Below, piece after piece: positions 28,574 through 37,220 of a DNA stretch of 64,000 nucleotides. This DNA is from an uncultured Erysipelotrichaceae bacterium (GTDB taxonomy: Bacteria; Bacillota_I; Bacilli_A; RF39; UBA660), in assembly GCA_902795215.1 (NCBI GenBank), contig CADBKG010000005.1, positions 6,920 through 70,919 on the forward strand. The letters are read 5' to 3'. The stretch's first letter is position 1. Each line of letters starts with the position of its first letter. A program made the position numbers and the translations under genes. The notes beneath the pieces are model-generated. The model was given only the letters and a program-made list of their open reading frames with translations. It did not search any database and was not told where the DNA came from.

Positions 28574-29586
28574 ATGAATTAGAAAAAGATTTAAAAAGAA
28601 AACTTGATACATTATGCACTCAATATAGAAAATCAACTTCGATGGAGACAAAGGATTTAATACTTGAAGTTATCAAAGGAATATATAGCGTAGCAAATGA
28701 ATTTAGTCTTAACATAGATTCCCCAAGTATACCTTTAATAGATAATTTTGAGAAACAAATAAGAAAATTTAATATTCAATATGAAGAAATATTTAATAAT
28801 ATGTTTGACATTAATGAAAAAGTAGCGCTTCTTTATAAAGATATATTTGAGGGATATTTTTCTAATAAATATTTAGTTCATTTAAGTGATGCAAATATAA
28901 ATGAATATGTTTTTAACTTTTTTGAAAGCTTCGATAAAAATATTTCTAATCACTTTGTAAAACAAATAAAAAACGGAAATATTTGGATGTTTGAACGATA
29001 TAAAAGAGGAAAATACAAAGGTGAAACAGTCCCTGTTAAAAATGATGGGGAAAGTTTCATATTACTCAAAAGCACAAGAGATATTCAAGATGTTAGATTT
29101 TTAGCACATGAATTAATGCATTCTTATACAAACGAATATGTTTGGAAACTTTCAAATTATGAAAAAAAACAATACTTATTAAATAATTTACAGGAAGTTT
29201 ATTCAATATTTATAGAATTTGCTATTATAAAGTTTTTAGAAGAAAATGGATATAACAAAAAAGATATAAATACATCTAATAATACCGCGGATGAATCATT
29301 TTCATGCGCAATATACTCTTATAGTCAATATTTTAATATTATGGTAAACTTTCAAAATGAAATTAATGATGAATCATTAAATCAATACCATTATTTAGAA
29401 AGATACGCGCTTGGGGAATTAATAGCTAGATACTTCTATAATATTTATAAAGAAGATTCTAAAGAAGGGAAAAGACTTATAAATGACTTTGTAAAAAATA
29501 TTCCTAAAAAAGAAAAACGTGATTTAATATTTGATCATATAAACATTGATGTTCTATTTGACAAAGAGAAGATTATAATTAAATAA
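28570..29586 (+). CDS. HExxH metallopeptidase-like protein, M3-like, tandem paralogue 3
   Basis: LAHELMHSY ... LQEVYSIFIEF; start overlaps the previous stop. Confidence 0.55.
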   Translation: MNELEKDLKRKLDTLCTQYRKSTSMETKDLILEVIKGIYSVANEFSLNIDSPSIPLIDNFEKQIRKFNIQYEEIFNNMFDINEKVALLYKDIFEGYFSNKYLVHLSDANINEYVFNFFESFDKNISNHFVKQIKNGNIWMFERYKRGKYKGETVPVKNDGESFILLKSTRDIQDVRFLAHELMHSYTNEYVWKLSNYEKKQYLLNNLQEVYSIFIEFAIIKFLEENGYNKKDINTSNNTADESFSCAIYSYSQYFNIMVNFQNEINDESLNQYHYLERYALGELIARYFYNIYKEDSKEGKRLINDFVKNIPKKEKRDLIFDHINIDVLFDKEKIIIK

Positions 29587-29642
29587 TCTTCTTTTAAATT
29601 ATAAAACTATTTGATATACTTTATTTAGAGAGGGTTGATATC

Positions 29643-30770
29643 ATGGCAAATATAAATGATTATTTAAAATGGCGTGGTGACATAAAATTAAATGAAAGGA
29701 AATTAAATATACTTGATAGTATGGTTCTATCTAGATTTTCCTATCTTCCTTTTTGGGAAATAGACTTAAAAGAAAATGATACAGTAGAAGAAGTATGTAA
29801 GAAAATTAAAGTTCTAGAAGATTATAATTTTATATATAATGGTGATAGAGACTTATCTATTAATTTAATAAAGAGTCCAAGATTTAATAATATGATCGTA
29901 AGCGATTATTTAAATCATTATGATAAAAAAATAGAAAAACAATTCTCGGCAGTTGTTATTCATTTAAATGATGATTATATGTATGTGTCTTTCTGTGGTA
30001 CTGACAAAACCTTAATAGGGTGGAAAGAAGATTTTAATTTAAGTTATATGGAAAATGTCCCTGCCCAGTTAGATGCTTTGAAATATATGACTAATATTGC
30101 GAATAAATATCCAAATAAAAAAATTATAACTGGTGGACACTCTAAAGGTGGTAACCTTGCAATATACGCATCAATAATGAATACAAAAGAAGTGCAAGAT
30201 AGAATAGTTAAAATACATAATTTTGACGGCCCAGGTTTTTCTAAAAACATATTATCGCAAATAAAAAACAAGGACATAATTGATAAAATTACTACATATA
30301 TTCCAGAAGAATCTGTAATAGGAAGACTACTTGAACATAAAGAAAAATGTGTTATTGTAAAAAGCGATTTAAAAGGTATATACCAGCATGATATCTTCAG
30401 CTGGAGAGTTCTTGGAACAGACGTAGTAAAAGCACCTAAAGTAGATAAGTTTAGTGAAACTATAAATATAACTGTAAATAAATGGTTATTATCTACAACA
30501 CCAAATCAAAGAAAGATATTTGTAGATAATGTATTTGAAATAATGCAATCAACTAATTCTGAAACATATAGTGAATTCTATTCTAAATTTATTAAAAAAC
30601 TTCCTACTATGCTTAAAGCGTATAGGGGAATAGACGAAAATGATAGAAAAGTTATTATTAAGATGATTAAAGAATTTGCCAAAGCATACTTTAGTGTATT
30701 TATGGAATCACGAAAAGAAAAAAGAAAGGTTAGAAAAAGAGTAAAAAAGGAGAAGAAAAATGCTGTTTGA
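29643..30770 (+). CDS. DUF2974/Mbeg1-like alpha/beta-hydrolase (lipase-like)
   Basis: MANINDYLKWRGDIKL... N-terminus and nucleophile elbow GGHSKGGNLA typical of this family (from memory); Lys-rich tail. Confidence 0.65.
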   Translation: MANINDYLKWRGDIKLNERKLNILDSMVLSRFSYLPFWEIDLKENDTVEEVCKKIKVLEDYNFIYNGDRDLSINLIKSPRFNNMIVSDYLNHYDKKIEKQFSAVVIHLNDDYMYVSFCGTDKTLIGWKEDFNLSYMENVPAQLDALKYMTNIANKYPNKKIITGGHSKGGNLAIYASIMNTKEVQDRIVKIHNFDGPGFSKNILSQIKNKDIIDKITTYIPEESVIGRLLEHKEKCVIVKSDLKGIYQHDIFSWRVLGTDVVKAPKVDKFSETINITVNKWLLSTTPNQRKIFVDNVFEIMQSTNSETYSEFYSKFIKKLPTMLKAYRGIDENDRKVIIKMIKEFAKAYFSVFMESRKEKRKVRKRVKKEKKNAV

Positions 30771-31299
30771 GACAATCATAATTATACTTATTGGAACACT
30801 TTTACATTTTACTTATGAACTATCTAATCATAATAAGGTAGTCGCACTTTTTTCAGCGGTGAATGAAAGCACATGGGAACATATTAAAATAGGACTAACT
30901 GCAACATTTATATATTCATTTGTAGATGGAGCATTACTTGGAACAAATGAAAACTATTTTATAGCAAAATTCATATCACTTTTATGCATTATTATAATTA
31001 TTCCATTACTATTTTATACATATAAATCATTTACTAAAAAGTCAATTTTAGTAGTAGATATAATTATATTTTGTATATCTATTATAGTAAGTCAACAATG
31101 TTTTAAATACATACTTAATTTAGATAAGTTACCATTTTATTTAAGTTATTTAAGTGTAATAGGTATATTTGCAATATTTGCTTTCTACATGGTTGCAACT
31201 CTAATGCCAATAAAAAACGAAATCTTTAAAGATCCAATAAGTCATAAATATGGTATAAAAGGTCATACTGAAATAGATTTACATCATCATAAACATTAA
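30760..31299 (+). CDS. DUF6512-like integral membrane protein
   Basis: AAGGAG RBS; LHFTYELSNHN...VNESTWEHIKIG motif; 5 TM helices; His-rich tail. Confidence 0.55.
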   Translation: MLFETIIIILIGTLLHFTYELSNHNKVVALFSAVNESTWEHIKIGLTATFIYSFVDGALLGTNENYFIAKFISLLCIIIIIPLLFYTYKSFTKKSILVVDIIIFCISIIVSQQCFKYILNLDKLPFYLSYLSVIGIFAIFAFYMVATLMPIKNEIFKDPISHKYGIKGHTEIDLHHHKH

Positions 31300-31322
31300 G
31301 CATCAACAGATGCTTTTTATTT
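31299..31322 (+). terminator. rho-independent terminator
   Basis: AGCATC-aaca-GATGCT then TTTTTAT. Confidence 0.6.
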
Positions 31323-31404
31323 GTAAAAAAATGCGTAAAATATCTTTATATTCTTGACTTAACTATTAATATCTATATATAATTACTATATAAGGTAGGT
31401 TATT

Positions 31405-32604
31405 ATGAAAAGGATATGGATTTTATTTATTAGTTTATTTTTAATACCAACACTAGTTAATGCAGAAACACTTACATATGAAGTGTGTGAAAATGGATGT
31501 GAGTATTCAAGTCTTAGTGATGTAGAAACAGCAATTAGAAACATATCAGATTTAAGTGATAAAGACATAATAATTAATGTTAATAGTGATATTACATCGG
31601 ATTATCATTTAAACATTGGTGATTTTGATAATATGGCAAATTCAGTAACTATAAATGGTAATAATCATGATTTTAATGGTAGATCCATTGCGTTTATCTC
31701 AAAACAAGTAGAAATAAATAATTGCAGTAATTTAAGAGAAATAGACTTTGTTAATTCTGCAAAAATCGACCTAAAAAATTCAAATATAAAAGCAATACTT
31801 TTATATTACATGGATTCAAACGGTCAAATCAAATCAGAGGAAATTAATTTGTCAGAAATATTTGATATTGATGAAATGTCATTAAATAGTCTTAAAACCT
31901 TGTTACTTTTAGGTAATTTTAAAATAGAAAATATGGATTTAAGTAATAATGTATTAATGCCTATTGGTGGAACTATAAATGTATATAATAGCAATCTAAA
32001 TAAAGTATTTAATTTTTCTGAAGCAAGAATTAATATAACAACAAATATATATAATTCAAAATTTAATTCATTAAAATATGTTAATATTGCCAGCGAAGAA
32101 GACGATGCGGTTGAAGAATATGAGAGGTTTTTAACTTCTAACTTATTAGATTCATCTGTATTAATAAGCTATGATATATATGATTTAGATAAAGCATTAT
32201 ATAATGAGCAATTAGGTACTTATACAACTGTATACTTCGATAAAGAAGCAAAGTTAAAACCTAGTGAAAAGTTAAATCTAGTAGACTATCTTGATTATTA
32301 TACAGAAGATAAAGAAATAGAATATACAATAGAAGATGAAAGCATTGCTAGAATGGAAAATAAAGAACTAACTGCATTAAAAGAAGGAAGTACTAAAGTA
32401 ACAGTTACGACTGATGAAGGACATGTTATATATAGAATTAATTTAGTTGTAGAAAAAGAAACTATTCCAGAAAAGATAGATAAGATGACTATAAAAGTGC
32501 CAATCACTGGAAGTAAAGTTAAAGCTTGGGTAGTGGTAGTTAGCGTTTTGCTTCTAGCAGTTATAGGAGTGTGCTCATATATGTTAATTAAAAGAAAAAA
32601 ATAA
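31405..32604 (+). CDS. surface protein: signal peptide, Big_2-like Ig domain, C-terminal TM anchor
   Basis: MKRIWILFISLFLIPTLVNA signal; LTALKEGSTKVTVTTDEGHVIYRINLVV (Big_2-like); C-terminal AWVVVVSVLLLAVIGVCSYMLIKRKK. Confidence 0.6.
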   Translation: MKRIWILFISLFLIPTLVNAETLTYEVCENGCEYSSLSDVETAIRNISDLSDKDIIINVNSDITSDYHLNIGDFDNMANSVTINGNNHDFNGRSIAFISKQVEINNCSNLREIDFVNSAKIDLKNSNIKAILLYYMDSNGQIKSEEINLSEIFDIDEMSLNSLKTLLLLGNFKIENMDLSNNVLMPIGGTINVYNSNLNKVFNFSEARINITTNIYNSKFNSLKYVNIASEEDDAVEEYERFLTSNLLDSSVLISYDIYDLDKALYNEQLGTYTTVYFDKEAKLKPSEKLNLVDYLDYYTEDKEIEYTIEDESIARMENKELTALKEGSTKVTVTTDEGHVIYRINLVVEKETIPEKIDKMTIKVPITGSKVKAWVVVVSVLLLAVIGVCSYMLIKRKK

Positions 32605-32629
32605 TTCCAAAATTTTGGAATTGTTTTTT
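32603..32629 (+). terminator. rho-independent terminator
   Basis: AATTCCAAAA/TTTTGGAATT palindrome then GTTTTTT. Confidence 0.65.
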
Positions 32630-32666
32630 CTTGAATTTTTAAATGATTTGTGTATATAATATACAT

Positions 32667-32746
32667 AGAAAAAGAGATGCACTCTAGTTTAGATGCACCT
32701 CCGAATGGGTTGTGCACCTACTTAAATGTAGGTGCTATTTTTTATT
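32667..32746 (+). ncRNA. candidate ~80-nt small RNA (antitoxin-like), own promoter and terminator
   Basis: TTGAAT (32631-32636), 18 nt, TATAAT (32655-32660). Body contains duplicated AGATGCAC (32675, 32691) and CCTCC (32698-32702). Strong terminator GCACCTAC-ttaaat-GTAGGTGC plus T-run (32714-32746). Convergent with, and overlapping, the 3' end of the minus-strand small ORF. Confidence 0.35.
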
Positions 32747-32868
32747 CTCTTCACTTTTGTGAAGAGATTTGAACTAATATTAATAGAATTACTATTAGTA
32801 TTAGTAGAATTATAGCTAAATAAGCCAAATCCCCCAGAGCGTGTTGTAATAATATTATGATTAATCAT
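32722..32868 (-). CDS. small ORF (48 aa as written), possibly a frameshifted 38-aa hydrophobic peptide
   Basis: AGGAGG 6 nt upstream of ATG 32868; promoter TTGAAT-17-TTAAAT (32967-32939). The in-frame product is N/S/T-rich. An adjacent frame encodes LAIILLILIVILLILVQISSQK ending at TGA 32751-32753. Confidence 0.35.
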   Translation of the reverse strand: MINHNIITTRSGGFGLFSYNSTNTNSNSINISSNLFTKVKRIKNSTYI

Positions 32869-33010
32869 GCTCTGCCTCCTTCCTCAGTATATAAAAGTTG
32901 GAGGCACACCTACTACTAGAATAACATCTCTTAAACTCATTTAAACATAAATAAAAAGCGGATTCAAGGTATATGAAAATATTATCAAAGTTTTGTAAAA
33001 AAAAGAGAAC

Positions 33011-33967
33011 TTATTTTAAAAGTTCCTTTATTTTATCTGTATTTTTAAAGTTTAACTTGGCTATCTTTTTAAGTTCATCAAATCCGTATTTTTTAGCTAT
33101 TTCTTTTCCAAATTCATCTACTATAGGGCCTGCTCCTTTTGGAATAGTGCCATATGTTTTAGATAGTTCTTCCATCTTTTTTAAGAATATATATCTACTT
33201 ATTATACTTGCACATGCTACAGAGTAACATTTATCTTCAGCTTTGGTTGTAAAAGTTATGTTTGTTACTTTTTCTGGTATTCTATAAATGTGTTCAAAAT
33301 ACTTTTTTGGATATACAAACTGGTCTACAACTATATAGGAGTAATCAAAGTTATCTTTTTTAGTTAGACTAACTAATACTTTGTTGTGAAGTATTGCTTT
33401 TATTTGGTTCATATTAGTAAGTCCTTCTTTATTATAATCATCTGGATTTAATGTGTAAGATGCAAAAGGGATTTTCTTTGATATAGTAGGGGCAATCTCT
33501 AATATTTTTTCATCAGTAAGTTTTTTTGAGTCTTTAACACCAAGTTCGTTTAAAAATGAAATATTTTCTTTTGATACATATGTGGCTGTTACAACTATAG
33601 GACCAAAGTAATCTCCAGTGCCAACTTCATCAGAGCCAATAGTGCTGACGTGCTTAAATCTTGGATCATCAAGTGCTTCTTTTTTCTTTTCATCCTTTTT
33701 CTTTTTAGCATCTATTTCAGCATCTACATTTCTAGAGTTTAAATGTCTTTCTCTATCTCTCCACCATGAATAGTCTATATCAGCGCTTATACCTTGGAAC
33801 ATGATTTTACCAGATTCATATAAAGTAACAACAGTTCCTGCGCCATCATCTGCTTGAAATACAGAATAGGGTGGTTTTTTTTCTCTAGTAGTATCTTTAT
33901 AGTGCTCTATAATTTCATCTTTTAAATTATCACTTACTTTAAAAACAAATGTTTGTTGATTTGCCAT
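33011..33967 (-). CDS. rnhC: ribonuclease HIII
   Basis: N-terminal TBP-like domain, then IGSDEVGTGDYFGPIVV catalytic DE motif and a C-terminal SIISRY segment; 318 aa. Confidence 0.85.
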   Translation of the reverse strand: MANQQTFVFKVSDNLKDEIIEHYKDTTREKKPPYSVFQADDGAGTVVTLYESGKIMFQGISADIDYSWWRDRERHLNSRNVDAEIDAKKKKDEKKKEALDDPRFKHVSTIGSDEVGTGDYFGPIVVTATYVSKENISFLNELGVKDSKKLTDEKILEIAPTISKKIPFASYTLNPDDYNKEGLTNMNQIKAILHNKVLVSLTKKDNFDYSYIVVDQFVYPKKYFEHIYRIPEKVTNITFTTKAEDKCYSVACASIISRYIFLKKMEELSKTYGTIPKGAGPIVDEFGKEIAKKYGFDELKKIAKLNFKNTDKIKELLK

Positions 33968-34083
33968 ATTAATCCCTCTTTCTATATAATTTTAACATAC
34001 TTTTATAAATAAAAAAAGTTATTAAAATAACAAAAAAATAGTGACTTTTTTCTTTTATGAGTTTATTATTAAATAGTGAGGCA

Positions 34084-34713
34084 AAAATGGAAATAACAGA
34101 TATTAATATATTAGATTATTTAAATTATAATTCTAAAGTAACTTTAACTATGTTCTTTATATCTTTATTTGTTTTAGTATTAGATAAGATAACTCGTGGT
34201 AAATCAACTAGAAACTTTTTTTCAACTGAAAGAGCATCACTTTTAAATCCTTTAACATATATTAGATTGTTTACTCATGTACTTGGTCATAGAGATTGGG
34301 AACATTTTTCTAATAATTATTTGATAATATTACTTTTAGGACCTCTTATTGAAGAGAAGTATGGTTCTATAAACTTACTCATTATGATTTTAATTACAGC
34401 TTTTGTAGTAGGGGTAGTTAATTTTATAAAAGGGAAGACTTGGCTTAAAGGGGCAAGTTCTATATCGTTTATGCTTATAGTTCTTAGTGCTTTTGTTAAT
34501 ATGACTGATAAAAAGATACCTTTAACATTAATACTAATTATATTATTCTATATAATTGAAGAGATAAGAGACTTAAGAAAAGATGATACAATAGCGCATG
34601 ATAGTCATCTAGTAGGGGGAATATGTGGTGGAGTATTTGGTTTTGTATGTATAAATGAATCTATTTTAAATACTATATTAGACTTAGTTAATAAGTTACC
34701 ATTTGTAAGTTAA
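34084..34713 (+). CDS. rhomboid-family intramembrane serine protease
   Basis: ATG 34084 with GTGAGG RBS; HRDWEHFSNN, GASSISF (GxSxxxF) and HLVGGICGG (H..GG) motifs in TM helices. Confidence 0.7.
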   Translation, partial: KMEITDINILDYLNYNSKVTLTMFFISLFVLVLDKITRGKSTRNFFSTERASLLNPLTYIRLFTHVLGHRDWEHFSNNYLIILLLGPLIEEKYGSINLLIMILITAFVVGVVNFIKGKTWLKGASSISFMLIVLSAFVNMTDKKIPLTLILIILFYIIEEIRDLRKDDTIAHDSHLVGGICGGVFGFVCINESILNTILDLVNKLPFVS

Positions 34714-34719
34714 AAGAGC

Positions 34720-35280
34720 TTAAGATTTAAGCTCTTTTTTATATAAATCATATAGTTCTTTAAATCTATTAAAATGTACTATTTCTCTTTGTCTTAAGAA
34801 AAGTAGTGGGCCAATTACATCTTTATCATCTGCTAGATCGATTAGATTTTCATAAGTCGCTCTTGCTTTTTGTTCTGCGGCCATATCTTCAGAAAGGTTA
34901 GTAAATACATCGCTTGTTGATTCAATAGCTCTTGCATTAAATGGGATGCCATTTGAATCGCATGGATATACTCCTTTACCATGTTCTGCAAAGTATGAAC
35001 TAAGGCCAGCTTCTTCAATCTCTTTTACACTTGCGCCTTTTGTTAGCATATGAACCATAGTTGCAACCATTTCCATATGACCTAATTCTTCTGTTGCAAT
35101 ATCATTAAGAAGTGCTCTTCCTCTGTCATCAGGCATAGAAAATTTTTGACTGAAGTATCTTAATGCCGCGCCAAGTTCTCCGTTTGGGCCTCCAAACTGA
35201 GTAACTATAAATTTTGCCATTCTTAAATCCTTTTTACTAATAGATAGTGGGTATGGTAGTTTTTTACAATACTTAAACAT
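34720..35280 (-). CDS. cotJC: spore coat protein CotJC (manganese-catalase fold)
   Basis: MFKYCKKLPYPLSI...QFGGPNGELGAALRYFSQ...DIATEELGHMEMVATMVHML is collinear with B. subtilis CotJC; ATG 35280 overlaps the upstream stop (TAATG). Confidence 0.85.
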   Translation of the reverse strand: MFKYCKKLPYPLSISKKDLRMAKFIVTQFGGPNGELGAALRYFSQKFSMPDDRGRALLNDIATEELGHMEMVATMVHMLTKGASVKEIEEAGLSSYFAEHGKGVYPCDSNGIPFNARAIESTSDVFTNLSEDMAAEQKARATYENLIDLADDKDVIGPLLFLRQREIVHFNRFKELYDLYKKELKS

Positions 35281-35708
35281 TAAAATTCTCCTTCCCATGG
35301 GAACATGCTAGATGTCCATTCATATTCACTAGTTAGATCACATAATTCTAGTGGTCCATATACTTTTGAATATTTTTCACTTTTTTCTTTTAATTTTTCG
35401 CTAGCTTCTTTAAAGATATTATAAGCATATCTATCTTCAGGATGTAAATCTAAATATAGATTTAAATCATTAACAACAAATTCTAACTGCATAATATCAA
35501 GTAGTTTATCTTGTCTTTCGTTTTTAGCAGTTGTCATATATGGTTTATAATCTTTATATGGGTCATATAAATCTTTAAATAAGTTACCTTTCTTTAAAGC
35601 TTCTTCTTTGTCATAAATATTTAAAGTATTTGGATTACCACTTATAATATTTATAGCAAAGTCATAATTTTCATTTGGGTTAATAAAACCATTTGTATCA
35701 AATAACAT
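35280..35708 (-). CDS. cotJB: CotJA-CotJB fusion protein
   Basis: AGGAGG RBS then ATG 35708; 142 aa. The N-terminal half has the CotJA-type motif EEALKKGNLFKDLYDPY; the C-terminal half has the CotJB-type motif LEFVVNDLNLYLDLHPED...YGPL. Confidence 0.7.
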   Translation of the reverse strand: MLFDTNGFINPNENYDFAINIISGNPNTLNIYDKEEALKKGNLFKDLYDPYKDYKPYMTTAKNERQDKLLDIMQLEFVVNDLNLYLDLHPEDRYAYNIFKEASEKLKEKSEKYSKVYGPLELCDLTSEYEWTSSMFPWEGEF

Positions 35709-35846
35709 AAATATCCTCCTAAAATAGATTATGTGCCTAATTAAATTATGAATAGGCAAGTGTCTTTGTAAAAGTTGTGTAAACATCAAAAAAATGATGT
35801 TTTTTTTATTGAAAAAGAAAAAATAATGCTGTACTATTAATCTAGA

Positions 35847-35874
35847 AAGTGGTACAATGTGGTAGAAAGTGGGG
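35847..35874 (+). promoter_or_regulatory. putative MraZ operator (three GTGG direct repeats at exact 10-bp spacing) overlapping the mraZ promoter
   Basis: aaGTGGtacaatGTGGtagaaaGTGGggg: GTGG at 35849, 35859 and 35869. TGgTACAAT extended -10 lies inside the array, directly upstream of mraZ. Confidence 0.5.
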
Positions 35875-35882
35875 GATACCAT

Positions 35883-36305
35883 ATGTTGATGGGAGAGTAT
35901 CATCATAGTTTAGATGAGAAGAACCGTTTAGTAATGCCTTCTAAGCTTGTAAAACTACTTGGAAGCGAAGTTGTTATTACTAGAGGATTTGAAAGATCTC
36001 TTCTTGTTTATCCTGTTAAGAAATGGGATAAGATGATAGAAAAGTTTAGTGAACTATCTATTACGAAGAGTGACGCACGTAAATTTATGAGAATATTTCT
36101 ATCAAGCGCTACTTCTTGCAAGTTCGATTCACAAAATAGGATTTGCATTCCAGGCGTACTTAAGAGTTATGCATCATTAACAAAAAATGCTATTATTCTT
36201 GGTATCGATGATCACTTAGAAATATGGGATGAAGCTTCTTATGAAGAATTCCTAAACGAAAATTTAGATAGCTTTTCAGCTATAGCGGAGAATATTTATG
36301 AGTAA
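35883..36305 (+). CDS. mraZ: transcriptional regulator MraZ
   Basis: MLMGEYHHSLDEKNRLVMPSKL and a second SpoVT/AbrB-like repeat (DSQNRICIP); first gene of the dcw cluster. Confidence 0.9.
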   Translation: MLMGEYHHSLDEKNRLVMPSKLVKLLGSEVVITRGFERSLLVYPVKKWDKMIEKFSELSITKSDARKFMRIFLSSATSCKFDSQNRICIPGVLKSYASLTKNAIILGIDDHLEIWDEASYEEFLNENLDSFSAIAENIYE

Positions 36306-37215
36306 GTTACATTATAGCGTATTACTAAAAGAATCAATCGATGGATTAAATATTAATGAAAACGGCATTTATGTAGATGCAACTATGGGGTATGCAGGGC
36401 ACAGCGAAGAGATTCAAAAACGATTAAAAAGGGGTCGTTTATTTGCCTTCGATGAAGATGCTGATGCCATCGAATATGGTACTAATAAGTTTAGCGGTGA
36501 CAAAAACATAACAATAATACACTCAAACTTTGTCAATTTAAAAGAGGAACTTAAAAAGTATGATATAGAAAAAATCGATGGCATCATCTTCGATCTTGGA
36601 TTATCTAGCCCAGAAATTGATAATAAAGAAAGAGGATTCAGTTTTATGCAAGATGCAACTCTTGATATGCGTATGGATAAAAGAAACAAAAAAAGCGCAT
36701 TAACGGTTGTAAATGAATATCCTTATGAAGAGTTAATTAATATTTTTTACAAATATGGAGAAGAAAAATTTACAAAACCAATTGCAAAAAACATAGTTAA
36801 TTCAAGACCAATTAACACTACTTTAGAGTTAGTAGATGTTATTAAAAAGGCAGTGCCAGTAAAATATTTTAATACTCATCATCCAGAACGAAGAATATTT
36901 CAAAGTATAAGAATTGAAGTAAATGATGAATTAAAAGTATTAGAAGATGTTTTGCCTGATGCAATAGAAATGTTAAATAAGGGTGGAAGAATAAGCGTAA
37001 TAACATTTCATTCATTAGAAGACAGAATAGTAAAACAAACATTTAAAAAATATAGCGAAGTAGATGAAATATATAAAGGTATGCCAAATATTAGTGATGA
37101 GCATAAACCAAAACTAAAAATAATAAATAAAAAACCAATTCTACCAAGCGATAAAGAAATAAAAGAAAACTCAAGAAGTAAGAGTGCAAAACTAAGAATA
37201 GCAGAGAGGTTGTGA
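36298..37215 (+). CDS. rsmH: 16S rRNA (cytosine1402-N4)-methyltransferase RsmH
   Basis: HYSVLLKESIDGL, YVDATMGYAGHS, DLGLSSPE(I)D, SFHSLEDR. Confidence 0.9.
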   Translation: MSKLHYSVLLKESIDGLNINENGIYVDATMGYAGHSEEIQKRLKRGRLFAFDEDADAIEYGTNKFSGDKNITIIHSNFVNLKEELKKYDIEKIDGIIFDLGLSSPEIDNKERGFSFMQDATLDMRMDKRNKKSALTVVNEYPYEELINIFYKYGEEKFTKPIAKNIVNSRPINTTLELVDVIKKAVPVKYFNTHHPERRIFQSIRIEVNDELKVLEDVLPDAIEMLNKGGRISVITFHSLEDRIVKQTFKKYSEVDEIYKGMPNISDEHKPKLKIINKKPILPSDKEIKENSRSKSAKLRIAERL

Positions 37216-37220
37216 AATTT

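Noticed and set aside
32973-33227. Plus-strand ORF overlapping the 3' end of rnhC
   Set aside because: It is antisense to a well-supported RNase HIII gene, has no RBS and gives a low-complexity product.
35709-35781. Sigma-E-type promoter for cotJ (ATAATT ... CATAATCT on the minus strand)
   Set aside because: The -35/-10 spacing I measured (~13 nt after ATA) does not fit the sigma-E consensus spacing, so the call cannot be supported by hand.
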